From positions 1-64,000 of IMG/VR virus record IMGVR_UViG_3300044625_001067: a DNA stretch of 64,000 bases. One strand, 5' to 3'. Both the position numbers and the translations under genes were made by a program. A model generated the notes under the pieces. That model made no database searches and had not been told where the DNA came from. It saw only the letters and a list, made by a program, of their open reading frames with translations. This document shows, piece by piece, positions 52,955 through 62,137 of the stretch (positions are counted from its first letter, which is position 1; each line of letters opens with the position of its first letter).

Positions 52955-53551
52955 CTAAGTGTCAGGTGTTTTAGGGTCCGGTTGTCCCGTCAGGTCGAGC
53001 AAAGGGGCGTCAGGGTCGTAGTGCACGTATCCCTTTCGAGAACCTTGCCACATTCGACTAGGGTCCATGCTATGCTTGTCCGCCACCCCCTTCCCAGCTA
53101 ACGCGGCAAGTGCTTTGATAAAGCCATGAGTTTCTTCGTAGGAAACATTTAGATTCACGTTAACTTTCCACAGGAGTCGGTATGAGCTTTTTCCGGGGTG
53201 TTGGCCGTCAGAAAACGTTCGGTAAGCGAGCCAAGGCTTGTAGCCTAGCTCAGTGTAAAGCTTGACCATTTTCTCGGGATGAACTTCGCACTTGTCAAAG
53301 TCCACTCCAATGAGAGTTTGCGTATGCCAGCACAAACGCTGATACTGAAGTTCCATGAGGTCGAGTCCTTTGAACAGGCAACCGTAAAAGGTGCAACCTT
53401 TCTCGGTAACTAGCTCAAGGAAGACCCCGTCACTGAGCGACTCCCAGGGCCTTTGAATCATGTAGTCCCGAAGCTTTCCGTACTCCTGAAGTGTTTCAGG
53501 TTTTTGTAGGCGCCCTCGGGGGTCAATTTGGCAGAGAATACTTTTCGGCAC
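52955..53551 (-). CDS. primase/replication-protein-like N-terminal domain
   Basis: 'GVDFD', 'YRTFS', 'YRLLW', 'D.SRMWQG' pattern. Confidence 0.5.
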   Translation of the reverse strand: MPKSILCQIDPRGRLQKPETLQEYGKLRDYMIQRPWESLSDGVFLELVTEKGCTFYGCLFKGLDLMELQYQRLCWHTQTLIGVDFDKCEVHPEKMVKLYTELGYKPWLAYRTFSDGQHPGKSSYRLLWKVNVNLNVSYEETHGFIKALAALAGKGVADKHSMDPSRMWQGSRKGYVHYDPDAPLLDLTGQPDPKTPDT

Positions 53552-53780
53552 CTTTCACTTGTCGGTTGGTTAGTTGAAGATGAATCTTTCGTTAAACTCA
53601 GCTTTTATGTCCTGAAACTTTGCCCTAACCTTCCTTTCTAAATCAACTTCAGGCAAACCGTAGATAATCGCAGGCCAAAATAAGTCCGCAATTCTGCCGT
53701 CTCCGCCACCATCCCAGTTGTTAAAGGAATGTTGTGCAACTTGTTCGACGAAAGAATTAAGTGGGAGAAGTTTTGGCATA

Positions 53781-54305
53781 CTAAACTTTGTTGAGGGGGC
53801 TAACGATAAAGAACCAGCAGCCGTTGGCCATCCAAGAGTGCGTTTCCCTATCGTCAAAAACTAGCGCGTCCCCTGGCCTCATCAATGTCATTTTTCCGCC
53901 AGCGTAAAATTCGCCTTCAGATATGAGCTGGCTGCCGTAGGGTGCCTCGTCGTCAGGGGTGTGCCCCCCGAGAAAAACCAGGAGAGACAAACCAGTCATT
54001 TCGTAGTCTTCGTGCGAACCTACGGACCCTTTCCCGTACACAACCGTGGCGCCCTCGCGACGCATATTTTCAGTCGGGGATGGAAACCTGTATTGCTGTT
54101 CTGCACGATTTAGAAGCGAAAGTGCCTCTTGCAAAGTGGAGCGAAGCCAGTCCGGCACTGGCTTGGACCCGACATCGCCGAGAGTCCACAACCGTGGGTC
54201 GGACCTACGAGTGCCCGCTGCGTCTTCTGACACCGACCGCAGGAGTTTTTCAATAGTGAAATTAGGGACAGTAACCTTGCCGTCAATTTTGATGGCACGC
54301 TTCAT
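53781..54305 (-). CDS. putative 2OG-Fe(II) oxygenase
   Basis: 'GSHED', 'GDALVFDDRETHSW'. Confidence 0.55.
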   Translation of the reverse strand: MKRAIKIDGKVTVPNFTIEKLLRSVSEDAAGTRRSDPRLWTLGDVGSKPVPDWLRSTLQEALSLLNRAEQQYRFPSPTENMRREGATVVYGKGSVGSHEDYEMTGLSLLVFLGGHTPDDEAPYGSQLISEGEFYAGGKMTLMRPGDALVFDDRETHSWMANGCWFFIVSPLNKV

Positions 54306-54972
54306 ACTTGGAGAACTAAGCTCGCTTACACACCCATTATAGCCCCCCTTGATCCGGGAAGGCAAGGGTGGAAACCGTCCCTTTTCACAGGGTTTTAAGT
54401 ATAGTCCGCAGAATCTGCGATTCTTGTTCTTGGAGCTCTACTCTCCTCTGCCTCAGTTTCCGCTTAGTTCGCCTCAGTTCTCTTACGCGACTTTCCAAGG
54501 ATAGTGCGCGCTTCTCTGCTAAAAAGGACGCTTGCCTCAGAGGCAAAAGCCAGTCAGTCTCGTCTAGGAAGGGGAACATTCGTCCGGGCACAGACCAACG
54601 TCAAGGTTAAGCTCGTCAAGAGCACTTTGAACTTCCGACCTTCCTTTGTTCTCGTAGACCACACTTCCCTCACTACCCGAGAAACCCTCAACAAATTCGT
54701 CAAGGTCGTCTAAGTCAGCGTACTTTTCAATCAGGTCTGTGTACCCCGCGTTAAGCACGGCCTGAAAGAAGCCGTCGTCGTCAAGTTCGTCAATTGCCGC
54801 TTTCACGGAGAGAGAGTATACGCGGAGAACTTCGCTTATTGGTGCGTTGTTAATCACCCGTGAAATTACTTCATTCACGAATTCCGGTTTGTCTTTAATT
54901 GTCATTTTGCATGTGTATAACGGTTTCTTTAGCGCCGTTGAATCTCTATGTGTTCAAAGGGGAAACCGTAAA

Positions 54973-55057
54973 CGGAAGAGGGGGGATTTGAACCCCCGGA
55001 GGTTTAACCCTCTACAGTGTTCGAAGCTGCTGCTTTCGGCCGCTCAGCCACTCTTCC
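54973..55057 (-). tRNA. tRNA-Ser(CGA)
   Basis: GGAAGAG/CTCTTCC; loop TTCGAAC; long variable arm. Confidence 0.9.
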
Positions 55058-55147
55058 TTGTCACCGTGGTGGGCCACTCCTGTGTCGTTCACCGGATATG
55101 ACCTGTGGGTGTGTTCTTTAACGAGTTTTCGAGGACTTGAAACTAAG

Positions 55148-55236
55148 TAGGCGTGTAGGGAGTCGAACCCTAACTAGCCGGTAATCTGCCGGAGAGGACT
55201 GTATAAGGGTCCCTGTGCACCGTACACCACACGCCC
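55148..55236 (-). tRNA. tRNA-Ile(TAT) with long variable arm
   Basis: GGGCGTG/CACGCCT; loop CTTATAC; V arm CCGG-CAGATTA-CCGG; TAGGG-TTCGACT-CCCTA. Confidence 0.8.
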
Positions 55237-55484
55237 AGGAAAGGGAACCACCGTGTGGGATGGAACCCAAGGTAAAGCTCAGACAGAGGGAGTTTGAACT
55301 CCGAATGCCAGGTCAAATTCGTCAAGGGCACTTTGAACTTCAGTGCCGGTGCTTGCCTCACTGAGCTTCAGAAGGAGCTTTGCTCCCCTGGGGCTTTTGC
55401 TGCTAATTCGTGCGGCACGATCAACTATAGAAAGATTTGCCATTTTGTATTGTTGTTGTTTAGTGTGGCTGCAAAGGCAACCGA

Positions 55485-55556
55485 CGCCCTGAGAGGGATT
55501 CGAACCCACGACCGGTGTCTTAGAAGGACAGTGCTCTTCCACTGAGCTACCAGGGC
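55485..55556 (-). tRNA. tRNA-Arg(TCT)
   Basis: GCCCTGG/TCAGGGC; loop CTTCTAA. Confidence 0.93.
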
Positions 55557-57746
55557 TTTCATAACTAGAATAGCGTCCCACAGAGGGTAGTAAACCTTAT
55601 CTGCAAGGCACCCCTTACTTAAGCCTTCTCTCCCGCGTCATTAGACTCCCCTCTCACCCACTCAACCCAGTAGTCTCGTGGGCACCGCATGTTTGCCATT
55701 GTTGTCTTAGCGGGAAGAAAGCATCCGCACTCGTCACAGGTTGAACTTTTTTCTTCAAAGGATCCGCACACATTGCTCTCACAAAGTGCGAGTCGGTCCT
55801 TTGCCACTTGGCGAGGGGCAAACGACGGATCTTCCAGCATTCGTTTAGCTGTGTCAATCAAGGATGCGCCGAAACTTCTGCGGCAACATTCTGGCTCTTT
55901 ATTCGTTTGTTCCAACGTTGCTCTCTGCGAAAGGTCTGTATAGTGTAATTTACCCGGATCAGTCCGTAAAGGTGCACAAGACCGAGAGATGCTTGTACAA
56001 AATACTCTCATCGAAAAACCGGTACTCCGACGAAAACTCTTCTCTCTGCTGAAAGTGTTCGAGCTCTTTTAAGGTGGCCCTAACGACCGGGCAGTCTGAA
56101 ACGTAATCCTTGTACCAGAAAGTGTTGAACTTTGGAATGTACTTCCACCTATCTCCGTGCGGAATCCAAACTTTTTCAAATTCTATTTCGAATAGCGAGA
56201 ACGGGTCGTCCCATTCTTCAGGATTTACGACGCTTAACTGCTGAACGATATCTTTCGTATCGTCGAGAAACCACTGAAAGTGCGTGCTGTTGGGGGATAC
56301 TTTCCATGTTAGGTTGACAATAAGATAGGGGATGTCGGGAAAGTCCCCTGACTGCACCGAAACCTTCTCGGCCACCCTTAAGCTAGTGATTGCCGTTTTC
56401 ATCTTCCTCCGAAATGTTTGAAACTTCCGGGGTTCCCCTCAAAAGAAGCGTCTCAAAGAATTCGACCACGTCTATGCGATTAGTCGTATCAACTCCCGCC
56501 GTGCGGCAGAACTCGATTGCTTCGTACTCAAAGGGGAAGAACGGGTTGGACAAGCCGAAAGATTTAAGTCTCTGCAGGAAACAGTCTCGGATTGCGCCAT
56601 AAAGGGGCGGGAAATCGGACTCGTTAAGTTCGACGGTGCGTTCAACTTTCGACGGTGCGTTATACGTGATTTTCATACTACTCAGTGGGGTGTACTGAAT
56701 GGGAATTACGTTCAATAACTTGTTCCAGGAAAACAAGTGCTTGTTCGTCAGTGTCGAAGAAGTGGCCTGCTGCATTCGATCCGAGAAGCACCTCTCCCGC
56801 TTCTTTAGGTGTGAGAGTAAAAGCACCAACCCCTCCCATAACCTGCGCGAAGCCCGCCAGACAGTGAGTGGTCCCGCACGTGTGAAAACCTGCTTCGTTC
56901 GATGGTTCCTTCCAGAAGGACCAATCTTCGTAAGTTGTTCTGTCAGTGTCAAACCAGAGCTTGTGCCACCTCTCCATGTGGAGGTTTTTCCGGTCGCGCT
57001 CAACAATCCATAGTGCGACATGGAGGAGATTGGCTTCCTGTTGTTCGGGTGTCAACCCTCCCAAGTCTTCTACGTTTCTGTACGTGCACTCCTCTAAGGC
57101 GTCAAGGGCGAGTAGGAAATTCGCCGGGATATGCGGGAGCGGAGGGAGCCCTTGTGATGTGCACATCCGGTGAGCAACCCGAGTGGCTTCAGCTGGCGTC
57201 AGTGCTTCGGTGCAAGTTGCTGTGGTCATTGTTTCGTTCGAAAATACGTTGGTTTGTTTGGAAAAGGTGAACGGTGCGTGGTTTTCCTCGCCCAGCAAAC
57301 CTAGGGGAAAGGTTTACGCGTTACAAAGTAAGTTGAGACCCCTTGGTCGTTGCAAATGTGGAGGCTTAGGGGCCTCTCGGTTATGTACGGGTCTGCACGA
57401 ACTGAGTTACTCACCAGCTTGCACTTTTCGGCTAAGACCTTCGCTTCTTCCCTCTCAATCTCAGCGGTGCTCTCTTCGAGTCTACGACTGGCCACGCTAA
57501 CCGCACCGACCCCTAAAAGAAGTAGGCCGACTATGAAGGCTATGATCACAAAGCCAGCGACAATACCAATATACGGATTCTCAGTTTTCATACTTCGTGT
57601 CGAATGCGAAACTTCATTGAGAGGTTGGCGGTGGAAGGTAAGCTGATTAACTTTAGCGTGTGCCCGGTAAGGGATGGGGGCGGAAAACCGCCCATTCCCC
57701 TTGGTAAGATCTTGGGAGCGGGACCCTTGGGCCCGGTGCCCTAGGG

Positions 57747-58574
57747 CTAGACAGTAGCCATATCAAGGGCTACTTCCATGGCCCGCTGGTTGATGGTTGC
57801 GCCTTGGCCGAAGTTTGCGTAGCCAAAGCGTCCGGTCTCGCTCTTTCGACTACGATTGGAACTAAAGTCCGTAACCGCATTCATGGCATCGTAAAAGGTG
57901 CGACCTTCGTTACCAGCGCCGTTGTAAAACAGGTCGTTGAGAACGTTGACATTGCGCATTTTGTCCGCTTCTTTCTTGTAAGTCGCCTCAAGGAAGGCAC
58001 GGAATTGGGCGGAAGTGCAAGTTGCCGAGGCGATGACTTCAACTCTTTTAGAATACATCTTCATGGCGCTATTCACAAAGTCAAGCACTGCGGTGCTCTC
58101 AAGAATGCGCTCGTTCACTCCGGAAGAGTGGCGGAATTTTTCTCCGATGTTAGAGTAAGCCATCGAAAAAGTGTTGCCGCAAATTACGCGAGTGGCAACC
58201 GGACCGATGGCCACGGAGGCGTTTCCCGTGTGCCCATTCAGAAGAGTAATGTAGGCGTTGTAGTCCTCGCCAACTACACGAAACTCCTGGTTGATTTTCG
58301 CCTGTGCAAACACCTTGGCCCCGTGAGCCAAGTATCCCATGTTTTCCACTACCAGAAGCCCCTCTTCAACCATAGGGTTGATCATCTGGAGAAGCTGGGC
58401 ATTTTGCACCACCTCGTACCCGGTGGAAACATATCCGAGGCGTTCGTCGGTGTCGTCTCGGTGTATCGCTTTGCGGTCTGGGTCCGCAACCCAGACTCCC
58501 TGGGAGTTAAGCGATGCCGTGGGCCTTGGGGAGACGGTCCAGTTAAGGTCGTTGGTGATGGCGAAAGCGGGCAT
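57747..58574 (-). CDS. DUF932 family phage/plasmid protein
   Basis: 'LGYVSTGYEVVQN', 'LLNGHTG', 'RVICGNT', 'T.YDAMNAVTDF'. Confidence 0.85.
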   Translation of the reverse strand: MPAFAITNDLNWTVSPRPTASLNSQGVWVADPDRKAIHRDDTDERLGYVSTGYEVVQNAQLLQMINPMVEEGLLVVENMGYLAHGAKVFAQAKINQEFRVVGEDYNAYITLLNGHTGNASVAIGPVATRVICGNTFSMAYSNIGEKFRHSSGVNERILESTAVLDFVNSAMKMYSKRVEVIASATCTSAQFRAFLEATYKKEADKMRNVNVLNDLFYNGAGNEGRTFYDAMNAVTDFSSNRSRKSETGRFGYANFGQGATINQRAMEVALDMATV

Positions 58575-59296
58575 GGTTTGTGAGGGGTTGCTTGGACTGA
58601 AATAACTATACCGCTTTCCTGTCGGAAAGGAAAGGGGGGTGAACCGCCCGAGGAAAACGGTTTACCGCTCTTGGATCGAGCTAGTGAATCGACTCTCTAG
58701 CTCAGCGGCAATACCAAGGAGGGACTCACGGACGGAGTCGTTCCTTGCTTCTAGACCATTGTCCCACTCAACGTGCCCGGTGAAAGACGCGTAGTCCTCG
58801 GGAACAATCGAGTCAGCAGCAGCGCGAAGAGTGGCTGCTACAATCAGGTCAATTTCGGTCGTAGCTCTGCTCCGATACGCATTGATGGCTTGAGCACGAA
58901 TTGCTTGTGCTTTGGGGGAGAGATTTGTGAGCTGCTCCATTGGACTTTCTCGGCTACCCTATAATCATACCACCTTTCTCTCAGACAGGCAAGGCGGTAA
59001 ACCGCCCTTCCTCTGGGGCTAAGACCCGAACCTCAGTCTCTTTCCCACAATTGAGAGCACCGTTGACTACATTTCACCGGTCTGAGCGGGTAGCTCATTT
59101 TGGTTTTGAACGCATTTCTTTGTACTTCTTCTGCGTTCCTACCTGTAATCACTACTTGGGTCTTGCACAATGCCTCGTTGCCAGATAAAGCGGTGCAAAG
59201 CGCCAAGATCGCAATTGAAACTCTGTTCATTTTTCGTGTGAAAAGGGAAGCGGCGGGACTCGAACCTGAAACCGAGCCTTAGACCTCCGAAGTACC

Positions 59297-59839
59297 TTAA
59301 CTTGCGGGCTTTTCCGGCGAAGAGCCAAGTTCCTGGGATGCGGCTAGATAGTCTTCGATGGCTGCATGAAAGTTGGATTCAAATTCAGCTATCGTTTCGC
59401 CGTGAAACGAGATAATGTCGTCGATGTCTAGGACACGACCAACAATAATCTTGTCTTCAGTATCGAAGACCATACTGGCTGTGTAGTCTTTGTAGGCCAT
59501 GGAATTGATCATGGCTTTCCGCACCCATGTAGAAGAATACGGTTCAGTAAGCATGTACAAACCTTCCTCAAACTTCCCAGTAGAGAGAATGATTTGGAGG
59601 GCTGTTTGAGTTTGTTCGTGAAGTTGCCTGTACTCCTCTTCCTGTGACTCGGTCAATTCTTCTAGGTCTTCTCCAGTCAGAATTTCGTGTATGTCTCCGA
59701 TAACCCAACTGTTACCATACGGTCTTTTCGGGTCTATTTCCGGAGCACCGAATTCACAGTTTCTCCACCCAACGTGCATTCTTCTCAGCAGTTTCAGGTG
59801 GTTTTGAGTTAGGAGAAAGAAGGTCTTGCTGTTAGTCAT
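59297..59839 (-). CDS. phage domain fused to truncated HicB antitoxin domain
   Basis: C-terminal 'YKDYTASMVFDTEDKIIVGRVLDIDDIISFHGETIAEFESNFHAAIEDYL...PEKPAS*' is HicB N-domain-like and ends before the DNA-binding domain. Confidence 0.75.
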   Translation of the reverse strand: MTNSKTFFLLTQNHLKLLRRMHVGWRNCEFGAPEIDPKRPYGNSWVIGDIHEILTGEDLEELTESQEEEYRQLHEQTQTALQIILSTGKFEEGLYMLTEPYSSTWVRKAMINSMAYKDYTASMVFDTEDKIIVGRVLDIDDIISFHGETIAEFESNFHAAIEDYLAASQELGSSPEKPAS

Positions 59840-59853
59840 AACAAAAATGGGAA

Positions 59854-59965
59854 TGGGACCGGCAGGACTCGAACCTGCAACCGCGCCTTTAAAAGAGGTA
59901 ATTTAATTGCTGATGTATCTTTGTCAAGATAACTTTTCGTGCTCTACCAGTTGAGCTACGGTCCC
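59854..59965 (-). tRNA. tRNA-Lys(TTT) with 39-nt insertion in the anticodon stem
   Basis: GGGACCG/CGGTCCC; CG[39 nt]CCT-CTTTTAA-AGGCG; GCAGG-TTCGAGT-CCTGC. Confidence 0.8.
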
Positions 59966-60696
59966 GTATTTGATCCGAAAACTACCTGGAGCGATATTGA
60001 AAGTTTTTTCTCAGCCCCCTGAGCTACTCTCCAATGTTAATGGGTTCAAAGGTTAAGTTAAACCACTCCCCGTCAGAGTTACAGAACAAGAGCTTAGAGT
60101 CGCTATCGTCGGGGTAATACCAGATCAGCATGTTCTTTAACGATTTGTTTTGGGAGTTTTTGGGCAGGGTCTCACCTCGCTTCAGTCGATACAATACGTC
60201 ATGCCCTATCCCTTTACTCGGCACGTCTAACCGTATGCCCTTGTCACCGTCAAAACCTGCTTCAGTGGGTGTCATATCTTTTTGTTAGGTCTACGTTCGC
60301 TTGGCAAATTACTTGGATCGATAATAAAGGTGTTTAGCCCCCAAGTTCTAGAGCCTATATGAGTCCACACAAACATTCAGCATCAACACTTTTCTTTTGG
60401 GCAGGTTTTCACCGGGAAAAGAGTAAGGATGTAACTTCACACCCGTTTGATTTTCAGGGTTAGCATAGAAACAATTGTCATAGTAGTAGCTCGGAAGATC
60501 ATACTCGTCTTCGGGGTCGAGAACTGCTACAATGTCTTCCTTAATGCGAACTCTCCCTTCTACCTTAGTGAGGGGTATGTGATCGGGAGGTAAAGATAAG
60601 AGTACACCAACAACAACTTCCATGTTATCCGGGAAGTCGCTCAGTCTTTCCTTCAGGTCTTTTACTTTCATTCTGTTTACAAAGTCTGAGTTTAAC

Positions 60697-60746
60697 TAGA
60701 TAGTTGTTTTTCCCAAGAGAGTTAGGGTAAATCGCTGAACTATCTA
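60697..60746 (-). ncRNA. hairpin with TCAGC/AAAAACA internal-loop motif
   Basis: TAGATAGT-TCAGCGA...AAAAACA-ACTATCTA. Confidence 0.65.
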
Positions 60747-60764
60747 TGTTTGCCGAAGGCAAAG

Positions 60765-60886
60765 TCGAAGAGGCAAGATTCGAACTTGCGTATGGCGGTT
60801 CCTTTTGCGTATTGGGTAATTGCTGAATTACCTAAGCTAGGTAATCTTTTTGCATTACCACTGCCTAACCACTTGGCTACTCTTCG
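60765..60886 (-). ncRNA. tRNA scaffold whose anticodon loop is replaced by an AAAAAG-hairpin-TCAGCAATT module
   Basis: CGAAGAG/CTCTTCG; GCC-AAGTGGTTA-GGC; GTGGT/ACCGC; GCAAG-TTCGAAT-CTTGC. Confidence 0.8.
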
Positions 60887-61759
60887 GTTTTTCGCACCGC
60901 TTTGCTGGGTGGAGGTTAAGGGGCGAGGAGTGGAACCTTGAGCTCCACATCCGTATCATAGGTTGAGGGTGCTAGGGGTAAACGGACTCAAGCAGAGACC
61001 CTCACTCGGGGCCTATCGCGGGGCACCACTCATATACTCTCGAAAGGCGTTCATAAAGTACCTTACGTCCTCCTCGTAAGATGTGTCAGGGTCGTACCAC
61101 GAGAAGGGGACTTTTTGCGATATCTTCTTGGAGAAAATAAGGTCATACTTGGCTTCATCGGAGAGCTTAGACTCGTAGATTGAGTTGGCCTCCCTGTACA
61201 CTTTGCTTAACTCCTCAAAGCCCTCTACCTCCTCGTTCGAGTCCAAGGCACCTTCATACCACTCTTCGAGGGACTCCACAATTTCTCCAAGCCTTGCGGC
61301 GTAGGTGTGTTGGTCGTCCCTCAGTAAACTGTCACGAAAAAAGCGCAATTGACTCAGGGGTTTGTTAAACTTCCACATTGCTTTAGGGCTAACTGAGAAA
61401 GGAGGTATCCCCGAGAAGATGCTGTATACTGGGGTGTTTTCCATACGTGAACTATAGCGGTTTTGCTGAGCGAAGGAAAGGGTGAAAACCGAACCGCTAG
61501 GGGCGGTTAACCGCCCTGGCTCAAATTTGTTACTCGTCGAGTCCCCTTATACAACTCGATAACTTCACCATCTTCCGACACTCTTACGTCGTAATGGCGG
61601 TACTCGGTTGGTATTTCGTGTCCAACTAAGGGTGTGAAGTCTCTTAGAAAGTTCTCCCAAGAAATAACATTGTCTAGGCCACGACTTCGTAAGTTTTCTA
61701 CAAGACTGTCGTACTCCTCCCGCAAAGAAGAGGAAAAGGGAGCCCACTCGCTATGCGAT

Positions 61760-62137
61760 TCACTTGGTTGACCTTGCATACAAATTCGACAGTAGCAGAA
61801 GCAGAATGAGTGACAAAATGGACACAGAGCCTAAGATTACGATTGGGCTAAACACTGAGAGCCATGGCCAGGTTATTTGCCCCGTTAATTTCAACCCGAG
61901 GAGGAGACCCTGGGCTGTCATTAACGAAACTGCGAGATTCTCAAACATTAGTTATTTCTCATGCGAAAGTAGTTGAAGAATCATCCAAAGGGCTCCCAAC
62001 CCAAGTAGAAAAATTGGCACAAGGGTTGGTGAAAGCACTGTGAGCCAGGGCCAGGAAACCTGACCCGTTACTTTCATAGTCATGAATACGGTTTGCAGAA
62101 CGATGCAGAGGGCACCCGGCAATTTGATCCAGATCAT
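61760..62137 (-). CDS. two tandem paralogous small membrane proteins (61952-62137 and 61760-61948)
   Basis: 'KVTGQVSWPWLTVLSP' vs 'KLTGQITWPWLSVFSP'; first overlaps the DUF2828 stop. Confidence 0.7.

Noticed and set aside
57804-58583. Long antisense ORFs (also 30437-31138 and 15594-16205)
   Set aside because: Shadow frames of well-supported genes on the opposite strand
59243-59296. tRNA gene on the minus strand
   Set aside because: Only a mismatched T arm and 3' acceptor strand remain; a remnant rather than a gene
60915-60990. Possible further tRNA-like element (GGTTCCACTCC on minus strand)
   Set aside because: T loop is non-canonical and no convincing acceptor or D arm
4369-61516. CRISPR array or insertion-sequence ends for the GGGCGGTTT repeat
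   Set aside because: Copies are irregularly spaced, separated by genes and tied to -35/-10 elements; no cas or transposase genes
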